From assembly GCF_009914755.1 (NCBI RefSeq), contig NC_060930.1: a stretch of 64,000 bases of DNA, one strand, 5' to 3'. The notes beneath the pieces are model-generated. The model searched no databases. It was not told where the DNA came from and saw only the letters and a list, made by a program, of their open reading frames with translations. Positions 12,829 to 26,396 of the stretch are shown in pieces. The stretch is from the human T2T-CHM13v2.0 reference genome, Homo sapiens. Position 1 is the stretch's first letter. Every line of letters starts with the position of its first letter. A program made the position numbers and the translations under genes.

Positions 12829-15800
12829 GGAAGGTGGAGCAAGATGGCAGAATAGAAGGCTCTACCGATTGTCCCCACTACCCTGCAAGGACACCAAATT
12901 AACACCTATCTACACAGAAAAAAATATCTTCAGAAGAATCAAAAATCAGGTGAGCAACTCAGTACCTGGTTTTAACTTTATTGCTGAATGAGGCACTGAA
13001 GAAATAGAAAAAAACAGTCCTGAATCCCAATGCCTTCCTCCCTACCCACAGAAACTGAGTGTGGTGTGGAAAGCATCTCTCAGTGCTGAGGGAGGAGAAT
13101 ACAGCAATTATGAGGCATTGAACTCAGTACTGTTCTTTTAGAGCAGAAAGGAAAATCACATCAAACTTAGCTGATGTCCACCCACAAAGGGAGCATTTAA
13201 ACCAGCCCCAGCCAGAGGGGAATTGCTGATCCCAACAGCTGAAACTTGAGTTCCTGCAAACCTCCACACCGAGGGATACAATACTCTATGTCTCCAAGTA
13301 AACTTGAAAGGCAGTCTAGGCCATAAGGACTGCAACTTTTAGGCAAGTCCTAGTGCTGGACTAGGCCTAGAATAGTGGACTGGGCTGGTGCAGTACATAC
13401 TGAGACACCAGCTGGGGCAGGGCTGCACAGGGTAGAGGTAATGCTAGCACTCCCTGAGCCAGACACCACCACCTCTCCCTTAAGCCTAGGCTGCACAAGT
13501 CTCTCCAAAAGAGACCCCTTTCTTCCACTTGAAGGAGAGGAGAGGACAGAATGGGGAGGACTTTGTCTTGCAACTTAGGTATTAGCTCAGCCACAGCAGG
13601 ATAGAGCAATGGTCAGAGTCAAGAAGCCCTTGTTCTAGGCCCTAGGTCCCAGACATTTCTAGACATACCTTGGGCCAGAAGGGAACCCACTGCCTTAAAG
13701 GAAAGGACCCAGTCCTGGTAGCATTCATTACTTGCTAACTGAAGAGTCTTTGGGCCAGGAATGACCATTAGTGATACACAGGTGCTATGTCTTGGGCCTT
13801 GGGTGAGTCTCTGAGACTTTCTGACTTCAGGTGAAACTCATCATCTTACTAGCTTGGATGGCTATGGGTCAAAACTCCCTCTGCTTGAGAAAAGCAGAGG
13901 GAAAAGTAAAGTCTTGCACCTTAGGTACAAGCACTGCCACTGGGGGGTAGAGCACCAAGTGGTCTCTTGGGGTCCCTGATTCTAGCACTTGACTCTTGGA
14001 TGGCATTTCTGCACCTGCCCTGGGCCACAGAGGTGCTCACTGCCCTGAAGGATAAGTCCCAGGCAAGGCAGCATTCACCACAAGCTGACTTAGAGCCCTT
14101 GGGTTTTAAGGGAATATTGGAGATAGTCTGGCAGTACTCCTTGTGGCCTGGGGTGGTGGTGGCAATGGGGTGAAGCTCCTCTACCTTTGGAAAGGGGAGG
14201 AAAGTGTGGGAAGGACTGCATCTTGTGGTTTGAGTGCCAGCTCAGCCACAGTACAATAGAACACCAGAAGACTTCTAAGATTTTTGACTCTAGTCTCTGA
14301 ACTACCAGACTGTAGCTCTGGACCCACGTGGGGCCTGGGGGACCTTGCCACCCTGAAGAAAAGGACACAGGCCTGGTTGGCTTTGCCACTGGCTGATTGG
14401 GTAGCCCCAGGGCCTTGAGTGAACATAGGCAGTAGCCAGGGAGTGACTACAGCAGGCCTTGGGCGAGGCCCGGTGCTGCGCTAACTTTAGATCTGACCCA
14501 GTGCAGTCATAGTAGTGGTGGACACAGAGGTGCTTGTGTTACTCCAAATTTAGGTGACTTGGAACAGAGAGACTTTGTTCATTTGGAAGAAATTAAGGAA
14601 AGAGAACAAGAGTCTCTGCCTGGTAATCCAGAGAATGCTCCTGGATCTTATCCAAGACCATCAAGGCAGTACTTCTATGAGTCTGCAAGAACCACAGTGT
14701 TACTGGGCTTGAAGTGCCCCTAAATCAGACACAGCTTAGATCATAACACCTAAGCCCTTTGAAATATCTGGAAAGCCTTCTGAAGAAGGACAGGTACAAA
14801 TATGCCCAGACAGTGAAGACTACAATAAATACTGAGTTCTTCAATGCCCAGACACCAAAGAACATCTGACAGCATCAACACTATCCAGGAAAATATGACC
14901 TCACCAAATGAACTAAATAAAGCACCAGGGACCAATCCTGGAGAAACAGAGCTATGTGACCTTTCAGAAACAGCATTCAAAATAGCTGTATAGAGGAAAT
15001 TAAAAAGAAATTCACAATAAGACAGAGAAGGAATTCAGAATTCTATCAGATAAATTTAACAAAGAGAATGAAATAATTAAAAAGAATCAAGCAGAAATTC
15101 TGAAGCTGAAAAATGCAGTTGGCATACTGAAGAATACATCAGAGTCTTTTAATAGCAGATGTGATCGAGCAGAAGAAAGAATTAGTGAGCTTGAAGACAG
15201 GGTATTCAAAAATCAACAGTCAGAGGAGATAAAAGAAAAAAAGAATAAAAAACAATGAAGCATGCTTACAGGATTTAGAAAATAGCTTCAAAAGGATAAA
15301 TCTAAGAGTTATTGGCCTTAAAGAGGAGGTAGACAAAGAGATAGGGGTAGAAATTTTATTCAAAGGAATAATTACAGAGAGTTCCCAAACCTAGAAAAAT
15401 ATATAAATATCCAAGTACACAAAGGTTATAGAACACCAAGCAGATTTAATCCAAAGACTACCTCAAGGCATTTAATAATGAAACTCTCAAAGGTCAAGGA
15501 TAAAGAAAGAACCCTAAAAGCAGCAAGAAAAAAAGAAACAAATAACATATGATGGAGCTCCAATAAGTCTGGCAGCAGACTTTTCAGTGGAAATTTTCCA
15601 GGAGAGAGTGGTGTGCCATATTTAAAGTGCTGAAGGAAAAAAAACTTGTACCCTAGAATACTATATCTGGCGAAAATGTTCTTCAAACACGAAGGAGAAA
15701 TAAATACTTTCTCAGACAAACAAAACCCGAGGGACTTCATCAATACCAGACTTGTCCTACAAGAAGTGCTAAAAGGAGTACTTCAATCAAAAGAAGACAT

Positions 15801-18800
15801 CAGTGATCAATAAGTAATCATCTGAAGGTATAACACTCACTGGTATTAATAAGTATACAGAAAATCAGAATATTTTAACGCTGTAACTGTGGTGTGTAAG
15901 CTACTCTTATCCTAAGTAAAAAGACTCAATGAAGAACCAATCAAAAATAATAACTACGGCAACTTCCCAAGACATAGTCAGTACAATAATATATAAATAG
16001 AAACAACAAAAAGTTTAAAAGCAGGGTGGGCAATGAAGTTAAGGCATAGATTTTTTATTTGTTTTCTTCTTGCTTGTTTCTTTGTTTATGCAAACAGTGG
16101 TAAATTGTTATCAGCTTAAAATAATGGGTTATAAGATAGCATTTGCAAGCCTCATGGTTACCTCAAGCCAAAAAACATACAATGGAGATGCAAAAAATAA
16201 AAAGCAAGAAACCAAGTCATAACACCAAAGAAAATCACCTTCACTAAAGGAAGGTGGGAAGGAATGAAAGAAGGAAGACAAGATCACAAAACAACCAGAA
16301 AACAATTAACAAAATGGTAGGAGTAGGTCCTTACTTATCAGTAATAACATTGAATGTAAATGGACTTAATGCTCCAATCAAAAGACATAGACTGGCTGAA
16401 TGGAAGAAACAAGACCCATTGGTCTTTTGCCTCCAAGAAACACACATCACGTATAAAAACATAGACTCAAAATAAAGGGATGGAAAAAGATATTCCATGT
16501 TGATGGAAGCCATAAAAAAGTAGGAGTCATTATACATATATCAGACAAAATAGATTTCAAGACCAAAACTTTGAGAAGAGACAAAGAAGATCACTATATA
16601 ATGATGAAGGGGTCAATTCAGCAAGAAAATATAATAATTTAAAATATATATATGCAACCAACACTGGAGCACCCAGATATATAAGGTAAATATTAGAGCT
16701 AAAGAGAGATATAGAACCCATATACAATAATAGCTGGAGACTTCAACACCCCACTTTCAGCATTGGACTTATCTTCTAGACAGAAATTCAACAAAGAAAC
16801 ATCAGACTTAATCTGCACTATAGACTAAATGTATCTAGTGGATATTTATAGAACATGTAATGCAATGGCTGCAGAATACACATTCTTTTCCTCAGCACAT
16901 GGATTATTCTCAAGGATAGACCATGTGTTACATCACAAAAGAAGTCTTAAAATATTAAAAAATTGAAATAATATCAAGCATCTTCTCTGACCATAATGGA
17001 ACAAAACTAGAAATTAATAAAAAGAAGAATTTGGGAAACTATACTAATACAAGGAAATTAAGCAATATGCTCCTGAATGACCAGTGGGTCAATAAAGAAA
17101 TTAAGAAGGAAATTTAAAAATGTCTTGAAATAAATTATAATAGAAACACAACATACCATAACCTATGAGACACAGCAAAAGCAGTACTAAGAGGCAAGTT
17201 TATTGCTATAAGTGCCTACATCAAAAAAGAGGAAAAGCTTCAAAAAACAATCTAATAATGCATCCTAAAGAACTAGAGAAGCAAGAGCAAACCAAACCCA
17301 AAATTAGTGGAAAAAGAGAAATAATAAAGATCAGAGCAGAAATAAATGAAATTGAAATGAAAAAAAAATTCAAAGGATCAATGAAACAAGAAGTTGGTTT
17401 TTTAAAAAGTTAAACAAAATTGGCAAGCCTTTAGTCAGACTAAGAAAAAAAGGAGAGAAGATCTAAATAAATAAAATCAGAATTGAAAAAGTAGACATTA
17501 CAACTGATACTCCAGAAATTCAAAGGATCATTAGTGGCTACAATGAGCAACTATATGCCCATAAATTTGAAGATTTAGAAGAAATGGACAAATTCCTAGA
17601 CACATTCAACCTAGCAAGATTGAACCATGAAGAAATCCAAAACCTGAACAGACCAATAACAAGTAATGAAATTAAAGCTGTAATAAAAATTTTCCCAGTA
17701 AAGAGAAGCCTCAGACCTGATGGCTTCATTACTGAATTCTATCAAACATTTAAAGAACTAATACCAATTCTACTCATACTCTTATTAATATTCTGAAAAA
17801 TATAGGAGGAGGGACCACTTCCAAATTCATTCTACAAGGTCAGTGGTTACCCTGACACCAAAATCAGACAAAAGCACATTAAAAAAAAGGAAACTACAGG
17901 TCAATATATCTGATGAATATTGATACAAAAATCCTCAACAAAATACTAGCAAACAGAATTCAACAATACATAAGAAAGATCATTCATTATGTCCAAGTGA
18001 GATTTATCCCTGAGATGCAAGAATGGTTCAACATATGCAAACCAATCAATATGATACATCATATCAACAAATGAAGGATAAAAACCATATGATCATTTCA
18101 ATTGATGCTGAAAAAGCATTTAATAAAATTAAACATCACTGCATGATAAAAACTCTAAAAAAAAAAACTGGGAATGGAAGGAACATATGTCAACATAATA
18201 AAAGCTATGTACATCAGACCCACAGCTAGTATCACACTGAATGGGGAAAAACTGAAAACCTTTCTTCTAAGATCTGGAACATGACAAGGATGCCCAATGT
18301 CACCACTGTTACTCAACATAGTATTGGAAGTCCTAGCTAGAGCAATCAGACAAGAGAAAGATATAAAAGGCATCCAAATGGGAAAGGAAGAAGTCAAATT
18401 ATTCTTGTTTGAAATGATATGATCTTATATTTGGAAAAACCTACAGACTCCACAAGAAAACTATTAAAACTGATAAGCAAATTCAGTGATATTGCAGGAT
18501 ACAAAATCAACAAACAAAAATAAGTAGCATTTCCATATATAACAGTGAACAATGTGAAAAAGAAATAAAAATGTAACCCCATTTGCAATAGCCACACATA
18601 TAATTAAATAACTAGGAGTTAATTGAGGAAGTGAAAGGTCTCTGAAAACTATGAAATGCTGATAAAAGAAATCGAAGAGAACACAAAAAATGGAAAAATA
18701 TTTCACATTGGTGGATTAGAAGAATTAATATTGTTAAAATGGCCACGCTATCCAAATCAGTCTACAGATTAAATGCAATCCCTATCAAAATACTAATGAC

Positions 18801-20497
18801 ATTCTTTACAGAAATAGAAAAAACAATCCTAAAATTTATATGGAACCACAGAACATGCAGAATAGCCAAATCTATCCTAAGCAAAAAGAATAAAACTGGA
18901 GGAATCACATTGCCTGACTTCAAATTATGCTATAGAGCTATAGTAATCAAAACAGCATGGTGCTGGCATAAGAACAGACACATAAACCAATGGAACAGGA
19001 TAGAGAACCCAGAAACAAATCCACTCACCTACAGTGAACTCATTTTTGACAAAAGTGTCAATAACTTACCCTGGGGAAAGGACCGTGTCTTCAATAAATG
19101 GTGCTGGGAAAGCTAGATCTTCACAGGCAGAAAATTGAAACTAGACCTCTATCTCTCACCATATACAAAAATCAAGTCAATATGGATTAAACACTTAAAT
19201 TTAAGACCTCAAACTCTGAAAGTACTACAGGAAAACTTTGGGGAAAATATCCAGGACGTTGGTCTGGGCAAAAATGTCTTGACCAATACCCCAGAAGCAT
19301 AGGTAACCAAAGCAAAACGGGACAAATGGAATGACATCAAGTTAAAAAACTTCCACACAGCTAAGCATACAATCAAGAAAGTGAAGAAACAACCCATGGA
19401 ATGAGAGAAACTATTTGCACACTTCCCATCTGACAAAGGATTAACAACCAGAATATATAAGGAGCTCAAACAACTCTACAGGAAAAAAATCTAATAATTC
19501 AATTTAAAAAATGGTCAAAAGATTTGTATAGACATTTCTCAAATGAAGACATACCAATGGCAAACAGGCGTATAAAAAATGCTCAACATCATTGATCATC
19601 AGAGAAATGCAAATCAAAACTGCAGTGAGACATCATCTCACCCCAGTTAAAATGGCTTTTATCCAAAAGACAGGCAATAACGAATGCTGACGAGGATGTG
19701 GAGAAAAGGGAACCCTTGTACACTGTTGGTGGGAATGTAAATTAATACAACCACTATAGAGGTCAGTTTGGAGGTTCCTCAAAAAAAAAAAAAAAAAAAA
19801 TCTGAGCTGCCATATCATCTGGTAATCCCACTGCTGAGTACATAGCCAAAAGAAAGGATATCAGTATACCAAAGATATTTACACTCCTGTGTTTATTGCA
19901 GAACTGTTTACAATAAGTAAGATTTGGAAGCAACCTAAGTGTCCACCAACAAATGAATGGATAAAGAAAATGTGGTACATATAGACATTAGAGTATTATT
20001 CAGCCATAAAAAGAATGAGATTCAGTCATTTGTAACAACATGGATACAACTGGAGATCATTATGTTAAGTGAAATGAACCAGGCATAGAAAGACAAACAT
20101 CACGTTTTCACTAATTTGTGGGATATAAAATCAAAACAACTGAACTTATTAACATAGAGAGTAGAAGAATGGTTACCAGAGGCTGGGATGAGTGGTGCAA
20201 GCCTGGGAAAGGAGGTGGGGATGAATAATGGGTATAAAAATTGTAGTTAGAATGAATAAGACCTGCTATTTGATAGCACAACAGTGTGACTATAGTCAGT
20301 ACTAACTTAATTGTGCATTTTAAAATAAAAACAGTGTAACTGCATCATTTGTAACTCAAAGGATAAATGCTTCAGGGAATGGATAACCTATTCTCCATGA
20401 TGTGCTAATTTCACGTTTCATGCCTGTATCAAAACATCTTCTGTGCTCCATAAATATGTACACCTACTATGTACCCACAACTTTTTTAAAAAATTAA
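12829..20497 (+). mobile_element. Full-length L1MA1/L1MA2-type LINE-1 (5'UTR, ORF1, ORF2, 3'UTR; inactivated)
   Basis: 5' GGAAGGTGGAGCAAGATGGCAGAATAGAAGG; ORF1 remnants ~14870-15800; ORF2 peptides ([46 protein letters not shown]...NKWCWE); L1MA-type 3'UTR; TSD ~TATATATGTG on both sides. Confidence 0.93.
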
Positions 20498-20509
20498 AAT
20501 ATATATGTG

Positions 20510-21020
20510 TATGTACTAATAACAGAGCTTCAAATTCAATGAAAAAAAAAACACAAAATTTGACAGAACCGAAAAAAGAAATAGGCAATTCCAATAATTA
20601 TATCACTTTTCTCTCATTAATGTAGAACAACTAGGCAAAGGAATCAGTAACTGTATGGAATATCAGAACAAAAATATCAGATACTTTCAGTTAACTAACA
20701 TCAACAGAATACATCCAATAACTGCAGAATATACATTCTTTTTAAGTGAACATAGAACATTCACCAATGTAGCTGATGTGCTAAACATGTCTAAATAAAT
20801 TTTAAAACCTTGCAGTATTGCTGACTATAATCTCTAACCACAATGGATGTAAATTAGAAAAAAATACGATGTCTAGGAAAGTCTGGAATATTTGAAAATT
20901 AAATAACCAACTCTAAATAATATTAATATATGGGCCAAAGGTGAAATCACAAGAAATATTAAACAACATTTTGAAGTGAATGATAATGAAAGTACAACAT
21001 ATAAGAATTTGAGAAATGGA
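20510..21020 (+). mobile_element. Ancient L1M endonuclease fragment, right part of the host element
   Basis: ATGTACTAATAACAGAGCTTCAAA...AACTGCAGAATATACATTC continues the sequence broken at 12828. Confidence 0.75.
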
Positions 21021-21349
21021 ATGGCAAATTCATTTGCTTTCATGAGGTGGTAACTAATATAGAATTGCCCCCTTTCTGTAAATAATTAGAAAACTGGACC
21101 AAATATGTAAAACAGTTATTTTTAAAGATTGGCCTATAGATAACAAAGGACTATTATTTTCTTAACAAATGAGTTAAGCCCTACCAGCTAGAGGAAAAAC
21201 AGGTATGTAAGGATGATCACAGATTTCTCTTCATAGTTCAACACTAACTATGTGTTGTCTGCATGAGACACATTTTTAATATAATGACCCAGAAATACTT
21301 AAAAATAAAAGAATGGGAATATATGTACCATGCATTTAAAAACTATTAT

Positions 21350-21870
21350 GATATACCAAGGAGGCTGCAGCACCACTTCTGTGGTATTCCTGCCAAAAGT
21401 ATGTATCTTGAATCTAATCATGGGGAAACATCAGACAACCCAAGGTGAGGGAAACCCCACAAAATGACTGACCTGTCCTCTGCAATAGTGTCAAGGTTAT
21501 AAAAGTCAAGGAAAAACCGAAGAGTTGTTCCAGATGAAGAAAACTAAAGAGACCTTCAAGGGGTGATTCTGAACTGGAGCTTTTAAATATAAGTCTTGTT
21601 GGAACAACGGGTCAAACTTGAATAGGATTCAAAGAGGTGGCCTAAAGAGTTAAAAGACTTAAGTGATAGTATTGCATCAGTGTTAATCTTCTGATTTTGA
21701 TGGCTGCATTTCATTATCGTGAAAGAATGTTAAATGTCTTTGTTCATAGGAAATACACACTAAAGTAGTCAGGGTGTTGAGGCTTTAGGTTGATAATTTA
21801 TTCTCAGATAGTTCAGGAAAAATTCTTTCTGCTGTTTGTGCAACTTTTGTGTACGTTGGAAAATTTTTAT
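21350..21870 (+). mobile_element. L1MC/L1ME-type 3' UTR fragment
   Basis: CACTTCTGTGGTATTCCTGCCAAAA...GAATCTAATCATGGGGAAACATCAGAC...GGAAATACACACTAAAGTA. Confidence 0.65.
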
Positions 21871-24800
21871 ACAAAAATCAACTTCAAAATTGACCATATA
21901 AATGAATACCATTGAAATATCATTTAAATTATCAGTAGTAACATTAGATGCTAGAGATAGTGGAGTAATGCCTTCAAAATTCTCGGGGCAACTGCTGTTC
22001 ATCACTGAATCATACGCAGATCACCTTTCAATCAAGTGTGAGGGTAAAACAGCAACATTTTCAGATATATGAGAACTCAGAGTCCCCATTCCCTCTATCA
22101 AAAACTGGAGAATCAACCTTATGCAAATGAGGCAATAAAAAATGCACACAGTGGTGGAGAGAAACAATAAAATGACAGTGTTCTGTTGGCCTAAGAAGTT
22201 AAAAAGAGGGGCCAAAAAGTAGCAGAATGGGAGAGTGTGCAGAGATATGTCTGGAAATTACTATTTTCCAATGTAGATATTTTAAAATAGGTGCATGCAT
22301 TTCTTTACTGATTATTTAAAAATTATATTTAATATGAATTTAAAGAAGTGAGTGGGGAAATGAAGACGGCAAGTAAAGCCTAATTTTTTTAACAGCAAAT
22401 AAAGGAGAAAGCAGAGAAGGTAGTTAAAAAGGAATCTATGTTTGAGAGACTGTTTTTCCTGCTAAATTAAGAGAAATAAGCATGGTACTGTGATCTGAAG
22501 GAAAGCCAGAAACTGGGTGACCAAATAAAATGCACTAGAAAAGAGTGCTTTTTTACTAAGGTTGGTAGAAAGGAGGTGATGTACCAAGTAGATAGAAATA
22601 ATTTGTAGTCTAGTGTGCTGCAGAGAGCCTCACTTTTCTTTATACAAAGGCATATTCTAAGAAAAAAAAAATAGGGCATAGATGGATAAAGAGGATTGCA
22701 AAGCTTTGCAAAAAGTTGAAATAACATCCATGCCTCATAGTTGAGGGAGCTAAAAGAGGAACACACAGAAGAATTGCCCAGCAGCATGGATGGTCCTGCT
22801 GAGGAGGTGAACATGAATTTTTAACAGCATTAGCCACACATTTGTATAGTGCTTTTTAAAGCTTTTATTCTAATGTTTTTGGCAGCCTGGGTGTAGCTAC
22901 TAAATTTAGATTTGGGATTTGCCCAGTCTTGCAAACAAGTAATAACCCAGGGTATGGCGTAAACTAAAAAGAAAAAGAAGAGAAACTATGCAAGTATGTC
23001 AGGCAGAATTCAACTGGAGGTCAAAATTTGCTGAAATAGCAGGTAGAGTGGGATTAAAGGAGCAAAAAGAGGGGATTCTATGAAGTTGTGGTCCATGAAA
23101 GACTGAGAGGAGGAGGGGAAGAAATTCAGAATTGAAATTGACTACTCAAAAGGCTTGCTCGTGAAAAAAACTGCCAATAAAAAATCAAGCATCCTTGTGT
23201 ACAAAGAAGAAAATCAAAGAGAGATGCCTAGGGACCTTCAGTTGTTTTTAGGAAGTTAAGCTGGCCTAGAGTTTCTTGCTGAGTATCCTTGCATTCGTGG
23301 GGATGACATTTCTGGGACAAAGCAAACTTCCACCACATCAAACTACCTGTGGATGATAAACCAACTATGATGAAGTTGGCCTTTTCCAGGTTTCTACCTT
23401 GGCACCAATTTAACACTTGCATCCTTTCTAGCAAGGTTGTTTTTTATTTATGTTTTTTATTTCCTCTGCATCTCAGTGATAGTTGTCTTGGCACACAGTC
23501 CCAGCTGCAGACAGCTTTTATTTTTAGGTTTCCCTATTCAGAAAGAGTAGTCCCTGTTTAGGCATTTCACTGTCATTCTAAGCTTTCCACTGAGCTACAA
23601 CCCTGCAGCTTTCTTCAAATTCAAGTCACTGGGGAGGGCTTTTGAAATGCTCAAAGAACGAGACAACATTTTGTACAAAGGGGAAAAAGCAACCATAAAG
23701 ATATTCCAAAACCAAGTAGATACCATGAAAACGAATGGAAAAGAGAAGACAGTGACAGGAACCAAAAGGACAAAAGACAATATGTTGAATCTGTAATAAG
23801 CCAGCCAGAAGCCCCAAGGACAATGGTAGGAACCTACAGATAGAGGTCTGCACATAGGGAAATAAATTCTTACTTCGTGATTCCCAAAAGCACCACCCAA
23901 GTTACTAGAGGTGACAAAAATACTTCCTCTTATTAAAATAAGGAAGTTATTTTGGGACCACATTATTAGTGAACTGGTTAGTTTTAGAGAGCTCTTCTAG
24001 AAACTCATTGAGGTATAGATTTTCAAAGTAGTTAAGTACATTATTTGAGTAAAATAACATTATGTTCAACCTAACTTACAAAAGGAATAGTATAATTAAA
24101 CAGACTTGTGCCTGGAACTGAAAATATACTCAGTTAAGCATTGCCATATTTTATAAAGGATGTTAGAATCCCTTTACCCTGTATTTAGTAATCCTAGCTG
24201 TGATGCAAGATAGATTAATAGATAAGCCACAAAGTAATTGTAATCAAACATAAAGGTACAATTTAGGAAATGGGTAATGTACCTATAGGTGCCTAATCCA
24301 ATATATACTTCATATGATGCCCAAATATGCCACATTTTTGGTCTGTTAGAGGAGCATGAAACTAGTGATGGTCAGGAAATGATTCAGAAAGCAAGTCCTA
24401 AGGCAGTTGCAAAGCTGTAGAAGGAAAGTCCTGGAAAGCTTTAATGTTTTGGGCTTGCAAATGGGTCTCTTTGTCCTCAAATGTTTTAAGAATAATTTTT
24501 CAGTCATAATTTGTAAAAACCAATGGCATTTTTGTTGAAAATATTTTGGCCTCTTGAGGTGGACTTGCAGAAAATACTGCAACAGCACTTTTGTACCCCC
24601 ACTAACCATTTCGATGAACTCAGCTGTATCATCTCCTGCCCTCACCCACTGTTTCACTCCTGGTTACTGCCCTCTGTTCTTAGCATATATGATACCCTGC
24701 CATGGCTCATTCGTTCTCAGCAAGGGGACAAGGAACTCAAGAACTAGCAGCACGAGAGCAAGTTGCCTCAGGCCAGGGGTCAGACCCGGCTATAGGTCTT

Positions 24801-26167
24801 GCCTTGTCTCCTCTCCACTTTCTCTATTTCTTTGGCTCTCCTGACAATTTCTCATAGCTTCCCTGTTTGAGCACACATTTTGCTTTTCCCCTTGCATTTC
24901 TATTGATCATCCAGAAGCTGTTTGCTGGGGCCTTTGCAACTCCCAGCTTGCAATATTTATGTCCATTCTCTTGATACCTATGTGTATCCATTTCCCTGAC
25001 ATTTTAAAATGTGTTTCTCCTCAGTTTTAGCTCTTCTCCTGACTACTACTTTGCCCTGTCCCTAGATATCCTGCCATAATTAATGTTGAATGAAAGAATC
25101 TAATCAACCAAGACTGGAAATTCATACAGACTTTGAAATGGGGACAAAATCTTACATTTGTTTCTAGTGTGTCCCCATAGATTTGACTATCACACTTTGG
25201 GGCATCAGTGGCATTAAGTGACAAATTACTTCTGGGAGTTGTAGGATGATTCTATGTCAAGCTCTCCACTCAGATCCAATGAGTCACTAGTTCCTACTTA
25301 TGAACAGGTATTAACTTGCTTCATTTGCAAACCCCAGCAAGAATTTTGGTCACAAGCCACAGTTGCCATAAGAACTGGCTTTGGAATAAGTTAGGCTTTG
25401 GTTCCTATGCCAGCTCTCCCATGTCATAACTTTGATCAGGATAGCAATAATAATAATATTTTTTCTCCCAAGACTTACCATAGAGTTTGGTACATAGAAA
25501 GTACTTAACTACTATGATGAGGCATAAAAATGTTTAATTAATCACCGAGATTTAAACTGACTTTTAGAGGAACTTTCTTAGCAGGTACCTGGTTCCCCAA
25601 AGTTTCTCATGCCCATGACACGCACTATAACCTTAGCAAAGGTTATCAGGATCTTCTGTTGACTGTGCTGTTCTTTCTGCACTTTTGGCTTCTTGGAAAC
25701 ACTGTCCCTCCCAACAGTCCATGCTGAGAGTTTCCAACTGGGTAATCACATCTGTCTAGTCAGATGCTAACTTTCTGCTCCGCAGAGGTATGTCCCTCAA
25801 AGTTCATACCTGAGGAATCATTTGGAAAGATTCCTTCCTTCAATATCTCTGGCTGAGTCATGCATACCTCCTCATCAAAGACAAATAGAAAACAAGGTCA
25901 ATAGGAAAGCGGTGCTCACCTATCTTACTGTCTGTACCTTTTCCTATTATGACTAGCCTCATAATCTTTAGGTTAGAATGACTTGCACTAACCTGTTCCT
26001 AGAGTCCCTTCCTTGTCCCTTGTGGCACTTGCCAGTTGTGATTGCAACTGGTGGTTTTAAGCATGTTACCACTTCAAAACTCCAAGCTTTATGAAAACCA
26101 AGAAGATGTATGTACCATTTGACTATTTTTATATCTCCCATTTCTAGCCCAGGGGTTGGCATTATCA

Positions 26168-26396
26168 CATAGCAGTTAAGAGCTTGTGATCTGGAGCCAG
26201 CCTGCGTGGTTCAGCTTAAAACTCAACTCCATATTATTTATGTGAATTTAGGCAAGTCACTGAAATTACTCCTACTTCAGTTTACTTTCCTAAAAACAGG
26301 TATTTTCATAATAGTGTTTACCTCTTAGGAGAGATTAAATAAGTCAATATGCATAAGCACTTAGGACAATGCTTGGCACAGAGCAAGTAACTATTA
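26168..26396 (+). mobile_element. MIR inserted in an L2 3' end
   Basis: CATAGCAGTTAAGAGC...TCTGGAGCCAG...GCTTGGCACAGAGCAAG; flanks resemble L2 terminus (CTTAGTAAATATTTGCTG). Confidence 0.75.

Noticed and set aside
16254-19469. Multiple ORFs resembling endonuclease/RT
   Set aside because: Broken fragments of L1 ORF2; not an active element or a gene.
23551-23963. Open frames on both strands (plus ...FEMLKERDNILYKGEK...; minus 122 aa)
   Set aside because: No recognisable homology or splice structure; length compatible with chance.
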